From Promethearchaeota archaeon (lineage in GTDB: Archaea; Asgardarchaeota; Hermodarchaeia; Hermodarchaeales; Hermodarchaeaceae), in assembly GCA_048938295.1 (NCBI GenBank), contig JBHLMI010000008.1, positions 14,082 to 78,081 on the forward strand: a stretch of DNA of 64,000 nucleotides. The letters are read 5' to 3'. The position numbers and the translations under genes are program-made. How positions within the stretch are numbered: the stretch's first letter is position 1; the number at the start of each line of letters is the position of its first letter. Below, piece after piece: positions 18,933 through 29,883 of this stretch. The notes under the pieces are model-generated. The model saw only the letters and a list, made by a program, of their open reading frames with translations. It ran no database searches and was not told the DNA's origin.

Positions 18933-20627
18933 CTAGCTTAGTGTCTTATCAATTAGAGGAACTTCATCTTTGAGAAGCACAGATAACGGGGGAAGGTCTA
19001 AAGTAAGTAAGAGGGGCTGGGCGATATACACATTCATTCGGGATTCATCGCAGGTGACAGTATATCCGTGTTGGATTAGTTCAGCTTCGGAGAGTCGGAG
19101 CCAGACTCCAAAGGCCTCGGTAAGGGATCCACGTATGTCGCTGTCAGGATCCAATGTATATAGATCATTGTAGCCAATCAATTCAGCTGCTTGCATTAGC
19201 ACATGTTTTGCCGCCCAATAATCTAATGCGATTGGATCAGTGCTTGCCATGAGGACATTGACGCGAGTGGCTTCATTATATGAGGTACTAGGTCCACAAT
19301 TCGGTGAAGGATAGGGATTTGCATTAATCCAGATTGCGTCCATAATATTGAGGACCGGATAGCGCGTTTCAGAAAGAAGGGTACCCATTCCGCCATCAGC
19401 GATGGAATAATGGCCGTTACCTAGTCCACCCGGATTGGCTTGTCCTTCCGATTGAACGCCCATGTAATGTTTCGTAGCTCCTGTAACCCCATAGCGCATG
19501 TGGGATTTGAGAATGGGGAAGTTAATCACTTTAAGGTGGTCATCGTAGGCGGTACCGTTCCAGATTCCATGTTTAAAGCTGATATAGGTTCCATCCGTTG
19601 TTTGGAATTTCGGATAGGTCACTCGGATGCCGGTATCGACGTCCATCATGGATGCTCGGATGTACCCATCGCCCATATCTCCTGTGGAGTACTCCTCGAC
19701 TTCGGTGGGGCGAATTGATTGCCAGTCGTATACGTTGACGGCATAGTCAGTGGCAAAACTAGCAACGACATCGGTAAAGGATTGACTTCGGTCTTCTGCA
19801 TTGTTTTCAGCCCAATCCATGTTGCCGAATCCTTGACCATTATCCGCGACCACTATTTCGCCTTCGAATCCGTCAGGGTGATCAATGATGGCTTGGATGA
19901 GTTGTCGTAGTAAATCAGTATTTGTACCACCTCGGTATTCCCATTGACTATTGACTTTGATAAGCACAACATCATTGAATGCAATGAGCCCTGTAGGTCC
20001 TTGGTTGGCACCCGTTGTACTCGACTGATAGAAATCCAGATCTTGGGTTCCCATGAGGTTAATGAGGTTTGGGATGGTCGCAAAGGTCCGTCCTTGAAGC
20101 ACATAAACATCTGAGGCAGGTGATGAGGTGGCCACCTGAGGGGTCAAGGTGAGAAAGGCATCATTCCCCGATGCTTGCATAGTACACCAAAGGAAGACAA
20201 TGCCAAAGCCAACAGTTGGTAATATGATCAGAAGAGCCAGGATGGGCTTCCAATATCGTTTAATGCCCGCTTTCATCTTTGCTATGGAGGGTTTCACTGA
20301 TCGAAAGGAAAATCCAACAAAAAGTGATGTTATTGTAGCTGGCAAAATCACTTGTGCTGACATCGATACAGTCTCGATCGCCGCACGTTGGCAGGGATAC
20401 AGGACTCGTGTTGGTTTAGTTCCTGTACGAAAGAGAAACCACAACAGGCTCGTTAAACCCAAGAGGAGGAGACCAGAATTGCGATTCCTTTTTTCCTTTT
20501 TGCCCCAGCCATTGATGGATAATAGCCAAAGCACTGCTTGGCTTTTTAAGACCGTATAGAATATTTCAGTGCTGCTTTCAAAATGACACTCGTGTTCTAG
20601 CATATCGCTTGCCAAGAAAACCACCAA
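18933..20627 (-). CDS. DUF362-like domain protein with N-terminal membrane segments
   Basis: 564 aa. Segments ..LIKVNSQWEYRGGTNTDLL..IVVADNGQG.. and ..ILKSHMRYGVTGATKHYMGV.. resemble DUF362 conserved blocks. Start is uncertain. Confidence 0.4.
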   Translation of the reverse strand: MVVFLASDMLEHECHFESSTEIFYTVLKSQAVLWLLSINGWGKKEKRNRNSGLLLLGLTSLLWFLFRTGTKPTRVLYPCQRAAIETVSMSAQVILPATITSLFVGFSFRSVKPSIAKMKAGIKRYWKPILALLIILPTVGFGIVFLWCTMQASGNDAFLTLTPQVATSSPASDVYVLQGRTFATIPNLINLMGTQDLDFYQSSTTGANQGPTGLIAFNDVVLIKVNSQWEYRGGTNTDLLRQLIQAIIDHPDGFEGEIVVADNGQGFGNMDWAENNAEDRSQSFTDVVASFATDYAVNVYDWQSIRPTEVEEYSTGDMGDGYIRASMMDVDTGIRVTYPKFQTTDGTYISFKHGIWNGTAYDDHLKVINFPILKSHMRYGVTGATKHYMGVQSEGQANPGGLGNGHYSIADGGMGTLLSETRYPVLNIMDAIWINANPYPSPNCGPSTSYNEATRVNVLMASTDPIALDYWAAKHVLMQAAELIGYNDLYTLDPDSDIRGSLTEAFGVWLRLSEAELIQHGYTVTCDESRMNVYIAQPLLLTLDLPPLSVLLKDEVPLIDKTLS

Positions 20628-20830
20628 TTGAAGCTCCTGTTTTAGTTTCCTAGGATTCTTTAAGGAAGGTGTTTTCAGATTTCTTTAAACACATTACTGA
20701 GCCATTCTAGCGAAGACCGCTATAACCTCTTAGGAACCGGCAGGTTCAGAAAAAAGTATACTGAGTGCCAATTTAACCTGGTAGGCTTCCGCATTTAAAT
20801 ACCTGATTTCCACTTGTTGAGCTGTCGAGT

Positions 20831-20868
20831 AAAAGAGGAAAGAGTCGGAGACTATTGGCTGTCTCCGA
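20831..20868 (-). terminator. putative terminator of acs: hairpin plus U-tract
   Basis: On the minus-strand transcript, directly after the acs stop: an 8-bp stem (TCGGAGAC / GTCTCCGA, plus-strand positions 20845-20852 and 20861-20868) with an 8-nt loop, then CUCUUUCCUCUUUU. Confidence 0.35.
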
Positions 20869-20875
20869 TGACTTA

Positions 20876-22840
20876 CTAAACTCGTTCGTTGATGAGTTTT
20901 TCCACGACTGACGGGTCTGCCAGGGTTGTCGTGTCACCCAGATCCTTTATTTCGCCCGCTGCGATTTTCTTCAAGATGCGGCGCATGATTTTGCCGCTTC
21001 GGGTTTTGGGTAGTGCATCGGCGAACTGGATCTTGTCGGGTGTGGCGATGGGACCGATTTCTTTGCGGACATGTTCACGGAGTTCAGTTCGGAGCTCTTC
21101 GGTCTTCTCATACCCCATCTTGAGGGTGACGAAGCAGTAGAGTGCTTGGCCTTTGATGTCGTGTGGAAACCCAACTACGGCCGCTTCAGCAACGGAGGGA
21201 TGTGAAACGAGTGCAGATTCGATTTCCGCAGTACCCATCCGATGTCCGGATACATTGACAACGTCATCAATTCGGCCAACGACCCAGAAGTAACCATCTT
21301 CGTCTTTTCGTGCTCCATCGCCTGTCATATAGTATGGCGGGAAGGTTTTGAAATAGGTGTCTACGAATCGTTGATGATCACCATAGACCGTACGCATTAG
21401 ACCTGGCCAAGGTTTCTTGATGACAAGGTAGCCCCCCTCGTTTATACCGACTTCTTGGCCGGATTCATCAACGATAATAGCTTCGATGCCTAAGAAGGGT
21501 AGGGTTGTTGATCCAGGTTTGAGTTCAACTGCCCCGGGTATAGGTGTGATGACCACTCCACCGGTTTCGGTTTGCCAGTAGGTGTCAACAATGGGGGCTT
21601 TCCCTTTGCCAACGACTTTGTAGTACCAAAGCCATGCTTCAGGGTTAATCGGTTCGCCAACACTCCCCAATAGTTTAAGGCTGCTCAGGTCGTGCTTGTT
21701 CACCCATTCGTCGCCCTGGCGCATGATAGCCCGGATTGCTGTTGGGGCGGTATAAAATTGATTAATTTTGTATTTTTCGACTATGGCCCAGAAACGGTCA
21801 GGTTCGGGGTAGGTGGGGATTCCTTCAAACATGACGGAAGTGGCACCAGCCGCTAGCGGTCCATAGACGATGTAGCTGTGGCCAGTAATCCAGCCAATGT
21901 CAGCGGTGCACCAGTAGATGTCTGTTGGGTGGTAATCGAAGATGTACTTGAAAGTGGTCATGGTGTAGGTTAGGTAGCCACCTGTGGTGTGGAGCACCCC
22001 TTTGGGTTTACCCGTTGATCCGCTAGTGTAGAGAATAAATAGGGGATCTTCTGCGTCCATGGGTACTGCAGGGCATTCACCTTGTACAGCAGGATCTTCC
22101 ATCAGTTCATGCCACCATAGGTCGCGTTTCTTCTTCATCTCAACATCGATGCCAGTTCGTTTAACCACGATACTGTATTTGACCTTGGGGCACTTTTTGA
22201 GGGCTTCATCAGCATTTGTTTTCAAAGGGATGGTCTTTCCACCCCGATAGCTGCCATCACTTGTAACGAGTCCTGTGCAATCAGCATCTAGAATACGATC
22301 TTTCAGGCTATCAGCACTGAATCCACCAAATACGATGCTGTGAATGATTCCTAATCGGGCACAGGCCAACATGGCAATTGTGAGCTCCGGGATCATGGGC
22401 ATGTAAATAGCCAAACGGTCGCCTTTCTTGTATCCGAGTTTTTTGAGGACATTCGCGAATTTACTCACTTCTTCATGTAACTGCTGATAGGTGTAAGTTT
22501 TGCTCTGGTTCGGATCATCACCTTCCCAGATAATTGCGATTTTGTCCTTTAGCTCTGTTTTCACATGGCGGTCCAGGCAGTTGTAAGCAGCGTTGAGTTT
22601 CCCGCCCTTGAACCAAGTATGTTGGGCTTCAGTGGGATCCCAGGTATGCACGGGACCTGGCCATTTTTCGAACCAGTCAAGGTTTTCAGCTTGTTTGGCC
22701 CAAAATGCTGGAGGGTTCTTGATGGATTCTTGATAAAGTTCTCGTAATTCCTCCATACTTTTAATGAAGGCCTGTTTACTGAAAGCCTTCGATGGGGGGA
22801 ATTTCCGAGCTTCTGTTGATGTAATCTCGATTTTACTCAA
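20876..22840 (-). CDS. acs: acetyl-CoA synthetase (AMP-forming)
   Basis: 654 aa. Motifs [12 protein letters not shown] (AMP-binding P-loop), ..WWHEL.., ..YWQTETGG.., C-terminal lysine motif [11 protein letters not shown]. Collinear with Acs throughout. Confidence 0.93.
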   Translation of the reverse strand: MSKIEITSTEARKFPPSKAFSKQAFIKSMEELRELYQESIKNPPAFWAKQAENLDWFEKWPGPVHTWDPTEAQHTWFKGGKLNAAYNCLDRHVKTELKDKIAIIWEGDDPNQSKTYTYQQLHEEVSKFANVLKKLGYKKGDRLAIYMPMIPELTIAMLACARLGIIHSIVFGGFSADSLKDRILDADCTGLVTSDGSYRGGKTIPLKTNADEALKKCPKVKYSIVVKRTGIDVEMKKKRDLWWHELMEDPAVQGECPAVPMDAEDPLFILYTSGSTGKPKGVLHTTGGYLTYTMTTFKYIFDYHPTDIYWCTADIGWITGHSYIVYGPLAAGATSVMFEGIPTYPEPDRFWAIVEKYKINQFYTAPTAIRAIMRQGDEWVNKHDLSSLKLLGSVGEPINPEAWLWYYKVVGKGKAPIVDTYWQTETGGVVITPIPGAVELKPGSTTLPFLGIEAIIVDESGQEVGINEGGYLVIKKPWPGLMRTVYGDHQRFVDTYFKTFPPYYMTGDGARKDEDGYFWVVGRIDDVVNVSGHRMGTAEIESALVSHPSVAEAAVVGFPHDIKGQALYCFVTLKMGYEKTEELRTELREHVRKEIGPIATPDKIQFADALPKTRSGKIMRRILKKIAAGEIKDLGDTTTLADPSVVEKLINERV

Positions 22841-23110
22841 GGCTTGTCACCGGCTTTTAGACTAGCAAGCATATTGCTTTCAAGTCTTCAGATCTCTGTC
22901 CCCTCAGTACTTCGAACTCTGGTCTTTGCAGGGGAACGCGTTCCGGTCACGGAAAGCGCTATTTAAAACTTTGGGAGATTTAGGTGTGATTCACGCAGCT
23001 TTCAACGTTTATTTCTCCGAAACCCGAAACAGATATGTACTGTTTTTTGTCAGAGTTTTCTTTAGTCACTTGACTTAGGGGACCAACGAAAGACTTCTGC
23101 GTGCTCAACC

Positions 23111-26100
23111 ATGTCTTCATACGAGCGAGACCCAAATACCGTCAACGGTGACGACGAGCCACGGTTTCGACTCTTTTTTGAAAATGCGCCCCTCTATTGT
23201 TATATGGTTTCACCTCAGGGAATCATTCTGGACATTAACAAAGCTGCTCTCAAGGTGTTAGGTTACACACGAACAGAACTAATTGGCAAACACATTCGCT
23301 CTATCTACGCACCAGAATGTGAGGATAAGGCTAAAGATCTGTTTATTTCGTGGGAGAATGAGGGTACAATTACTGATGAAGAGCTCATTATCCAAACTAA
23401 AACTGGTGAACAGCGTATCGTTCTCTTAAATGCGAACGCGATTCACGAATCTGATGGATCCTTAGCCTATTCGATTTCGATTCAGCAAGATATCACTGAG
23501 TTAAGACAAAAGAAAGATGAGCTCAAGGAAAGCCAAAATGCTTTGAAAAAATCTGAAAAGGAAAAATCTGTGATTCTGGATAATATTTCAGAACACGTTA
23601 TCTTTCAAGATTTGGAGAACCACATCATTTGGGCTAACCGTGCTGCTGCTGAATCGGTGAACAGCAGTGTAGAGGAACTTGTTGGTAAAAACTGCTATGA
23701 AGTGTGGAACCAGCGAGATACACCCTGTATTGAGTGCCCTATCGTCATGGCTAGGGAAACCGGTGTTATTCAAGAACATGAGATGCGTACACCTAACGGT
23801 CGTGTATGGCATGTGCGTGGGTATCCACTTTATGATGAGAGTGACACTTTAATCGGTTGTGTTGAGGTCACTCGTGACATCACAGAGCGAACGAGGGTTG
23901 AAGAAGCGTATCACAAACTTGTTGATCAATCAATTCAAGGTCTATTAATTATCCAAAATGGAAAGGTCGCCTTCGCGAATCCAGCGTTTCTCCGAATAAG
24001 TGGCTATACAGAGGAAGAAGTCTTAGCCTTTAGTCCCTGGCAGATATTTGATATCATTCATCCGGATGATCGGAATGTTCCCTGGGAACAGCTGCAGAAA
24101 ATCATACAGGGCGAACCGGTTTCAACTACCATGGAGTTGCGTGGAATTCTAAAGGATGGTACCGAACGCTGGTTTGAACTTTCATTAGCTGTTATCGAAT
24201 ACCAAGGTCAACTGTCAACGCAAGTAACGATTATGGATATCGACGAGCGTAAAATGATTGAAGAAGCAATCCGACTCGAAAGGGATTGGGCTCAACGGTA
24301 TTTGGACATGGCAGGGGTCATGTTCATTGCTGTTGATACAAAAGGGAATATCACTTTAGTTAATCAAAAGGCCCTCGAGATTTTTGGATACTCAGAAGAG
24401 GAAATGATAGAACAGAACTACTTCGATTTGTGTATACCTGAGTCATTACGTGCTGAAATGAAAGGGAAATTCCGCGCTAACATGGCTGGAGAAATTGAAC
24501 CACGTGCTTTTGTTGAGAACCCAATCATTACCAAAGACGGCGCAGAAAGACTCGTATCATGGCACACCACTATGTTCTATGATCCCTCCGGAAATCCGAT
24601 TGGTGCCCTAACAGCAGGAGAAGACATAACTGAACGCAGATTTGCAGAGAATCTACTACGAAAAGAAAGGGATCGAGCTCAACAATACTTGGATATGGCA
24701 GGCGCTGCATTTATCGGAGTGGATAGGAATCAAAATATTTTTCTCGTTAATAGAAAAGGCTGCGAGATTTTTAGCTACTCAGAAGCTGAACTTTATGGTC
24801 AGAATTACTTCGACTTATGCATCCCTGAAAGACTTCGTGAGGAAATGAAAGACCGATTTGAACGGGCCATGGTAGGAACATTTCAGTTAAGCGAATATGT
24901 TGAAAATCCTATTAAGACTAAACAAGGCACCGAGCGGATGATTCTTTGGCATACTACTGTACTTGAAGATGAGGAAGGAAATAAAACAGGGATCCTGAGT
25001 TCTGGAGAAGACATTACGGAAAGAAAATTTGCAGAAGAAGCTCTGCGCGCCTCAGAGGAAAAATTCCGTTCTCTTGTAGAGGACACCACGGATTGGGTAT
25101 GGGAAATTAACCGTGAAGGAAGACTTGTCTATTCAAACAGTGCAGTTGAAGACATACTCGGCTATACTGCTGGACAAATCATTGGGAGATCCTTCTTCGA
25201 TTATATGGATTCTACAAGTGTAGAAAATGGTGAAGTTATGTTCACTGAAACGGTTGAAAAGCAGAAACCGTTTAAGAATCTCGTGGATCGCTTCATTCAC
25301 CGAGATGGTAACATTGTGATTCTGGAAGGCAGTGGTCGACCAGTCTTTGATGAGCAGCAACATTTAATCGGTTATCGAGGGGTATGCCGTGACATCACGG
25401 AACGTATGCGGGCTGACCAAATCCTCCGAGAATCCGAATCTCGGTATCGCTCCTTAGTTGAGACATCTCCTGACGCTATTACGCTTACGAATCCAGATGG
25501 AATGATTGTCTTAGTCAATGAACGCGCTGTTCAATTGTTGGGCTTTAATAATCCTGGTGAACTGAGAGGCAGGAATTGCTTTGATTTCATCGTCCCCGAA
25601 GAGCGAAACCGGGCCATTGAAACTTTGAAAAGCACCAAAGAGCATGGACCGTCAGTTCCCCTTCTCTTCAATCTCATTCAAAAAGATGGTAAGATTTTTC
25701 CAGCGGAGATCAGTGCCTCACTTCTCATTGGAGCAGCGGGTAAGGCATCAGGATATATTATTGTTGCTCGTAACATCACTGAACGCAAACAAGCCGAACA
25801 AGCCTTGAGAGAGGCTAAAGCGCGGTCAGAGTTCTTCACAGACCTGATGGCCCACGACCTCAACAATATCAACCAGGCTATCCTCTCTGGAATAGAGTTA
25901 CAGCTGATGAATCCAGAGCTCCCAGAAGAGCTACGTACACAACTTCAGTTATCCTTAGAGCAAGTGGAACGAAGTGCGGCTTTAATTGGACGTGTCAAGA
26001 AATTCTCAGGGATGGATGAAGTTCAAACCCTTATGGACATTCGCGACATAGAACCTGACTTTCGTTCTGCCTTAGAAGCAGTCAAGCAGGCTTTTCCCAA

Positions 26101-26503
26101 GAAGACTATCCTCGTTGATACCAACATTCATCCTGAAGAATTCAAAGTCTTAGCAGATGACTTCCTTGTGGATTTATTTTACAATCTCCTACACAACGCG
26201 GTGAAATTTGATCACAATGAAAAAGTCGACCTTGAAGTGAAAATCTATCCTGACACGAATAAACGTTTCCTCCGTGTAGAAATCAGCGATCATGGTCCAG
26301 GAATCCCGGGTGACTTGAAAGAGCGGATTTTTGCCCGGTACACACAAAAGGTGGGTGAGAAAGCTCAGGGATCCGGTATCGGCTTAACACTTGTTCAACG
26401 CATCATCGATCGATTTGGAGGTCAAATCTGGGTCGAAGATCGGGTCAAGGATACCTATACCCAAGGTGCAAAATTCATTTTTCTCCTCCCAATGTGGACG
26501 TGA
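23111..26503 (+). CDS. soluble multi-PAS (about 7 PAS) sensor histidine kinase
   Basis: 1130 aa with no TM segment. Repeated PAS/PAC blocks. H-box LMAHDLNNINQAI. ATPase G-boxes ..DHGPGIP.. and GSGIGLTLVQRIID. Confidence 0.9.
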   Translation: MSSYERDPNTVNGDDEPRFRLFFENAPLYCYMVSPQGIILDINKAALKVLGYTRTELIGKHIRSIYAPECEDKAKDLFISWENEGTITDEELIIQTKTGEQRIVLLNANAIHESDGSLAYSISIQQDITELRQKKDELKESQNALKKSEKEKSVILDNISEHVIFQDLENHIIWANRAAAESVNSSVEELVGKNCYEVWNQRDTPCIECPIVMARETGVIQEHEMRTPNGRVWHVRGYPLYDESDTLIGCVEVTRDITERTRVEEAYHKLVDQSIQGLLIIQNGKVAFANPAFLRISGYTEEEVLAFSPWQIFDIIHPDDRNVPWEQLQKIIQGEPVSTTMELRGILKDGTERWFELSLAVIEYQGQLSTQVTIMDIDERKMIEEAIRLERDWAQRYLDMAGVMFIAVDTKGNITLVNQKALEIFGYSEEEMIEQNYFDLCIPESLRAEMKGKFRANMAGEIEPRAFVENPIITKDGAERLVSWHTTMFYDPSGNPIGALTAGEDITERRFAENLLRKERDRAQQYLDMAGAAFIGVDRNQNIFLVNRKGCEIFSYSEAELYGQNYFDLCIPERLREEMKDRFERAMVGTFQLSEYVENPIKTKQGTERMILWHTTVLEDEEGNKTGILSSGEDITERKFAEEALRASEEKFRSLVEDTTDWVWEINREGRLVYSNSAVEDILGYTAGQIIGRSFFDYMDSTSVENGEVMFTETVEKQKPFKNLVDRFIHRDGNIVILEGSGRPVFDEQQHLIGYRGVCRDITERMRADQILRESESRYRSLVETSPDAITLTNPDGMIVLVNERAVQLLGFNNPGELRGRNCFDFIVPEERNRAIETLKSTKEHGPSVPLLFNLIQKDGKIFPAEISASLLIGAAGKASGYIIVARNITERKQAEQALREAKARSEFFTDLMAHDLNNINQAILSGIELQLMNPELPEELRTQLQLSLEQVERSAALIGRVKKFSGMDEVQTLMDIRDIEPDFRSALEAVKQAFPKKTILVDTNIHPEEFKVLADDFLVDLFYNLLHNAVKFDHNEKVDLEVKIYPDTNKRFLRVEISDHGPGIPGDLKERIFARYTQKVGEKAQGSGIGLTLVQRIIDRFGGQIWVEDRVKDTYTQGAKFIFLLPMWT
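24275..25051 (+). repeat. tandem duplication of a ~129-aa PAS module inside the histidine kinase
   Basis: Residues 389-517 (ERDWAQRYLDMAGVMFIAVD...GEDITERRFAENLLRK) and 519-647 (ERDRAQQYLDMAGAAFIGVD...GEDITERKFAEEALRA) are about 50% identical and directly adjacent. Confidence 0.6.
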
Positions 26504-26580
26504 TCCCAAGTTTACAATTTGGGATGAGAGATTAAGATGGTGTAAAACGAAGCGTAATAAGGAACTGGTGTGTAACACGC

Positions 26581-26796
26581 TTATTGTTTCCAGCGCCGCC
26601 GTGCTGCTAGCCAGCAAATCAAGGTAAAAGCAAACAGAAAGACTCCAGTAAGCACTAACACCTCACCAAGAAACTGCAGGTTCAACAGAAAGGCTACGCC
26701 TCCTGCAACAAGGATGGTGAACCCAATCACAACAGAAAACCCGATCGCTAATCGAGATGAACCAGAAAAGGGTGTTGAGGACTCATCAGAAGACAT
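26581..26796 (-). CDS. hypothetical small 2-TM membrane protein
   Basis: From the internal ATG: MSSDESSTPFSGSSRLAIGFSVVIGFTILVAGGVAFLL.... Its 5' end abuts or overlaps the divergent archaeosortase-like start, so the call is uncertain. Confidence 0.3.
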   Translation of the reverse strand: MSSDESSTPFSGSSRLAIGFSVVIGFTILVAGGVAFLLNLQFLGEVLVLTGVFLFAFTLICWLAARRRWKQ

Positions 26797-27454
26797 GGAA
26801 CGACCGACTCCAAGGGCCTTAATCTTATACTTGATAATTGCTGTCACTATAACCCTTTTAGTCTATTTCCTGCCCCAACCCTTCTTCCTTGCTATTCCAA
26901 CTGCTATCGTCTCTGCTGGCTTACTCAGCTGGATGGGTATTCCATCCGTGGCTCTGGTCGATTGGATATCGGGAGTAGTTTATGTTTACGTGATTGGATT
27001 CCAATATTACCAAATTGTACGGGAATGTACAGGCATCCAAGTAATTGCAGTGTTCATGGGTCTGATTCTTCCGCTGCCCCGTGGAACCTGGTCCAGGAAA
27101 ATCCTTGCTGTTGTTGTTGTAACTATTCTTCTGTTTGTAGCCAACGTCTTACGAGTCGTTTTTGAAATCTGGCTCGTCTACATGGGGATTCTCCCCTGGG
27201 AACTTGCTCACTATCCCATGAGTTTCGTTTTAGGAGTAGTAGGGGTCTTTGTCCTTTGTATCGTGGCCATTTTTCTGGTACCAGGCTTTATCGAAACCTT
27301 TGAAGATATGATTTACTACCTTTTTCCACCAAAACCCAAGAACAGCGATGCAGTCGAATCATCAAACACAGAAAAGTCTCCTAGCAATTTTAAAAAACCA
27401 AGCCCAAACCCGATGAGACTAAAAATCAGTAGAGGGTTCGGTTTATACTTCTAA
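26795..27454 (+). CDS. archaeosortase/exosortase-family protein (short form)
   Basis: About 7 TM helices. Candidate catalytic Cys in QIVRECTGIQVIAVF and conserved Arg in ANVLRVVFEI, as in exosortase/archaeosortase. Start taken at internal ATG (MERPTPRALILYLII); the ORF track starts at 26714. Confidence 0.5.
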   Translation: MERPTPRALILYLIIAVTITLLVYFLPQPFFLAIPTAIVSAGLLSWMGIPSVALVDWISGVVYVYVIGFQYYQIVRECTGIQVIAVFMGLILPLPRGTWSRKILAVVVVTILLFVANVLRVVFEIWLVYMGILPWELAHYPMSFVLGVVGVFVLCIVAIFLVPGFIETFEDMIYYLFPPKPKNSDAVESSNTEKSPSNFKKPSPNPMRLKISRGFGLYF

Positions 27455-27466
27455 AGGCGCATTGGC

Positions 27467-28150
27467 TTATTTTTCAGCCCATTGCAATGGCTTGGTTTCA
27501 TTATAGATTAACCATCGAGTATCCACCCGAGTACCTCGAAGATGATGTAACCGAATTTTGTGTCTGAGCTGGCTTTTGTCTTCTTCATCACAGATTTCTA
27601 TAACACCATCCACGGAGAATCGCAAAGTTGCTACTACATCGTTTGTATGAACTCCTTCCTCAAGAAGGTAGATTCCAGTTACGCCACGATCCTTCACCCG
27701 AGCACAGAGGACTTGGAGGAATTTTATAACGGATAGTGGTGCTGAATAAGTCATCAAAGTTGTCAAGTTATCAAGGCAGAGGTGACCATTCTCAAGGTCA
27801 GCAATCGCTTGAAGAAGGAGTAAACTAATTGTATTCAGGTCATAGAGATTCTGAAATGAATACGGTTCTTTAGAGGGTTGAGCTGTAACACAAGAAACCC
27901 CATCAGCTATCCGAAGCTGGGAGGCTACTGGCTTTCCTCCGATTTGGCTAAGAGTCTGGCGTATTTGGGCAGGGGACCAGAGAGTCGTAGCAAAAACGGC
28001 GGGTTCTTTTACCTTTAGCCGATCAGCTAAATAGCGTAGAGCAAGGGTAGTTTTCACCACACCAGGAGGTCCAATGAGAAGTAGTTGTGATCCCCTTGGA
28101 AGCTCAAAAGCACCCTGGGGAACAAATGTTGGACTAATAAGGTCAATCAC
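27467..28150 (-). CDS. KaiC-like RecA-superfamily ATPase (single domain)
   Basis: Walker A GPPGVVKTT, Walker B-like hydrophobic strand ending in D/E. 8-nt overlap with the upstream KaiC-like gene. Confidence 0.7.
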   Translation of the reverse strand: MIDLISPTFVPQGAFELPRGSQLLLIGPPGVVKTTLALRYLADRLKVKEPAVFATTLWSPAQIRQTLSQIGGKPVASQLRIADGVSCVTAQPSKEPYSFQNLYDLNTISLLLLQAIADLENGHLCLDNLTTLMTYSAPLSVIKFLQVLCARVKDRGVTGIYLLEEGVHTNDVVATLRFSVDGVIEICDEEDKSQLRHKIRLHHLRGTRVDTRWLIYNETKPLQWAEK

Positions 28151-28850
28151 TATCGATTCCTCCTTGCAGGTATAGTCCTTCTTTCCCGACCTTCATTTCG
28201 TACCATTTTGTCTCATGCTGCACTCCAATTAGACTATATATACGGAGAAACCAGTCAAGTGAGCCCTTTGGTTCAGCAACAGTCTTGGTATGAATTGACC
28301 CTTGAACCAAGGATCGAAGATTTGTGGTCAGTTTGGCATCATGGGCTTGGTCTTCTAAGACGAGGATGAGAATTTTGTTGAGAGTAATGATGCGCTGTGC
28401 GATACTGTGAACAAAAGTCCGGATGCGTTGTTCATCAGGAGCAGACAGACTAAGTCCTGAAACCGAATCGATGATGATAACCGAACCCGGTTTCAAAAGC
28501 TTTGCTTGATCAATCATTATTAGATTGACTTCGTTCAGATTTCCGGGATTATTAATTCGATTAAAGGCAAAGGGATCAGTGTGCATTCCAATTCTCCAGC
28601 TATAAGCGTCCACAAAATAGATGGGGAGTTTCCCCGGCTGAGCGGGGAACGGAATTCCAAAACCACGAGCTTGCTGGACAAGTGTGGAAGGTGTGTTTTC
28701 TGTGGAAAGATACAGGACATCAAGTCCATTATTCGCTGTATCCAATGCAAATTGGAGACTAAAACATGTTTTACCCGACCCTGGTTGTCCAACTAGGACG
28801 ATACTCGTTCCTTTTGGGAGCCCACCCTGTAGGATTGGGTCGAGGATCAC
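28143..28850 (-). CDS. KaiC-like RecA-superfamily ATPase (single domain)
   Basis: GTG start. ILDPILQGGLPKGTSIVLVGQPGSGKT (Walker A), IIIDSVSGL (Walker B). Confidence 0.75.
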   Translation of the reverse strand: MILDPILQGGLPKGTSIVLVGQPGSGKTCFSLQFALDTANNGLDVLYLSTENTPSTLVQQARGFGIPFPAQPGKLPIYFVDAYSWRIGMHTDPFAFNRINNPGNLNEVNLIMIDQAKLLKPGSVIIIDSVSGLSLSAPDEQRIRTFVHSIAQRIITLNKILILVLEDQAHDAKLTTNLRSLVQGSIHTKTVAEPKGSLDWFLRIYSLIGVQHETKWYEMKVGKEGLYLQGGIDSD

Positions 28851-29045
28851 GATAGCCCCCTCTGTTCTCTTATTCGCACCTCAGATTGGCTCTGTAGCCA
28901 AGTTCATAATCTAGCTCTCCTGAATGGGAATAAAGCTTTTGGGAAGTCTGTAGTTGTTCATGGTTATATTGAGGAGAGACGGAAACCTCTTAAGCCATCA
29001 TCTTGGTACTTGAATAGTAGGAGACTTACTAATCGGGGGATTAGT

Positions 29046-29786
29046 GTGGCTGAAAAGACAAAATCAGGTATACCAGGCTTAGATGAAGCATTGCATGGTG
29101 GATTTCCCACAGGCTCAGTGATTCTAATTAGTGGTGGACCGGGTACCGGCAAATCCATTCTACTAAACCAGTTTCTCTTCAATGGTGCGTCACAATTCAA
29201 GGAACCTGGGATCCTCGTCTCTATGGAAGAGTCACTCGCGTCGACGATTAGGAACATGAAACAATTTGGTTGGGATATGCAAGAACTCATGGATAAAGGC
29301 TTAATCGCCTTGGTCGATGCTTCGCCAATGATACAGAATGAACGTATTGTTCTCAAACCTGAGCACCCTGTTCTTGGACGAGAAGAATTTACAATGGAAT
29401 CACTACTGTCCTTGATACATCGTGAAATTCGACGCGTGAAAGCCAAACGTGTGGCCATCGACTCGATTTCGACCCTAACCCTCCAACACAAAGACCTCTT
29501 CCGGATTCGACACGACCTGCTTAACATGGTTCGTTCCCTTCGAATGAGTCAAGCCACCTGCTTGGTGGCAGTGGAAAGCCCCAACGAAGATAGCATCGGA
29601 CGATTTGACGTCGAAGGCTTCCTTATGGACGGAGTCATTATGATGAAACTCATGAGCCAGGGAGCGATCCGCATACGAACTATCGAAATTAACAAAATGC
29701 GTGGAACAAACCATCAAATGAATCCCCTACTCCTCATAATTGGAGAAAAAGGCATTCAAGTCTCCGACCTACCACCCATTCAATAA
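29046..29786 (+). CDS. KaiC-like RecA-superfamily ATPase (single domain)
   Basis: GIPGLDEALHGGFPTGSVILISGGPGTGKS, RVAIDSIS. Start taken at GTG 29046 with GGGGGAT ribosome-binding site; the ORF track gives TTG 29010. Confidence 0.75.
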   Translation: MAEKTKSGIPGLDEALHGGFPTGSVILISGGPGTGKSILLNQFLFNGASQFKEPGILVSMEESLASTIRNMKQFGWDMQELMDKGLIALVDASPMIQNERIVLKPEHPVLGREEFTMESLLSLIHREIRRVKAKRVAIDSISTLTLQHKDLFRIRHDLLNMVRSLRMSQATCLVAVESPNEDSIGRFDVEGFLMDGVIMMKLMSQGAIRIRTIEINKMRGTNHQMNPLLLIIGEKGIQVSDLPPIQ

Positions 29787-29883
29787 CCTCGATGAAAAAT
29801 ACCAGAATGAACCGACTAGCTTAAATCTCAACAAATGAAAGGAAATACCTGAGGGAAAAATCAACTGGGTTTGGTGACAAAAA

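Noticed and set aside
26384-26627. 77-78-aa ORFs on both strands just downstream of the histidine kinase
   Set aside because: They overlap each other and the small membrane ORF region, and have no features; likely noise in a 3' UTR.
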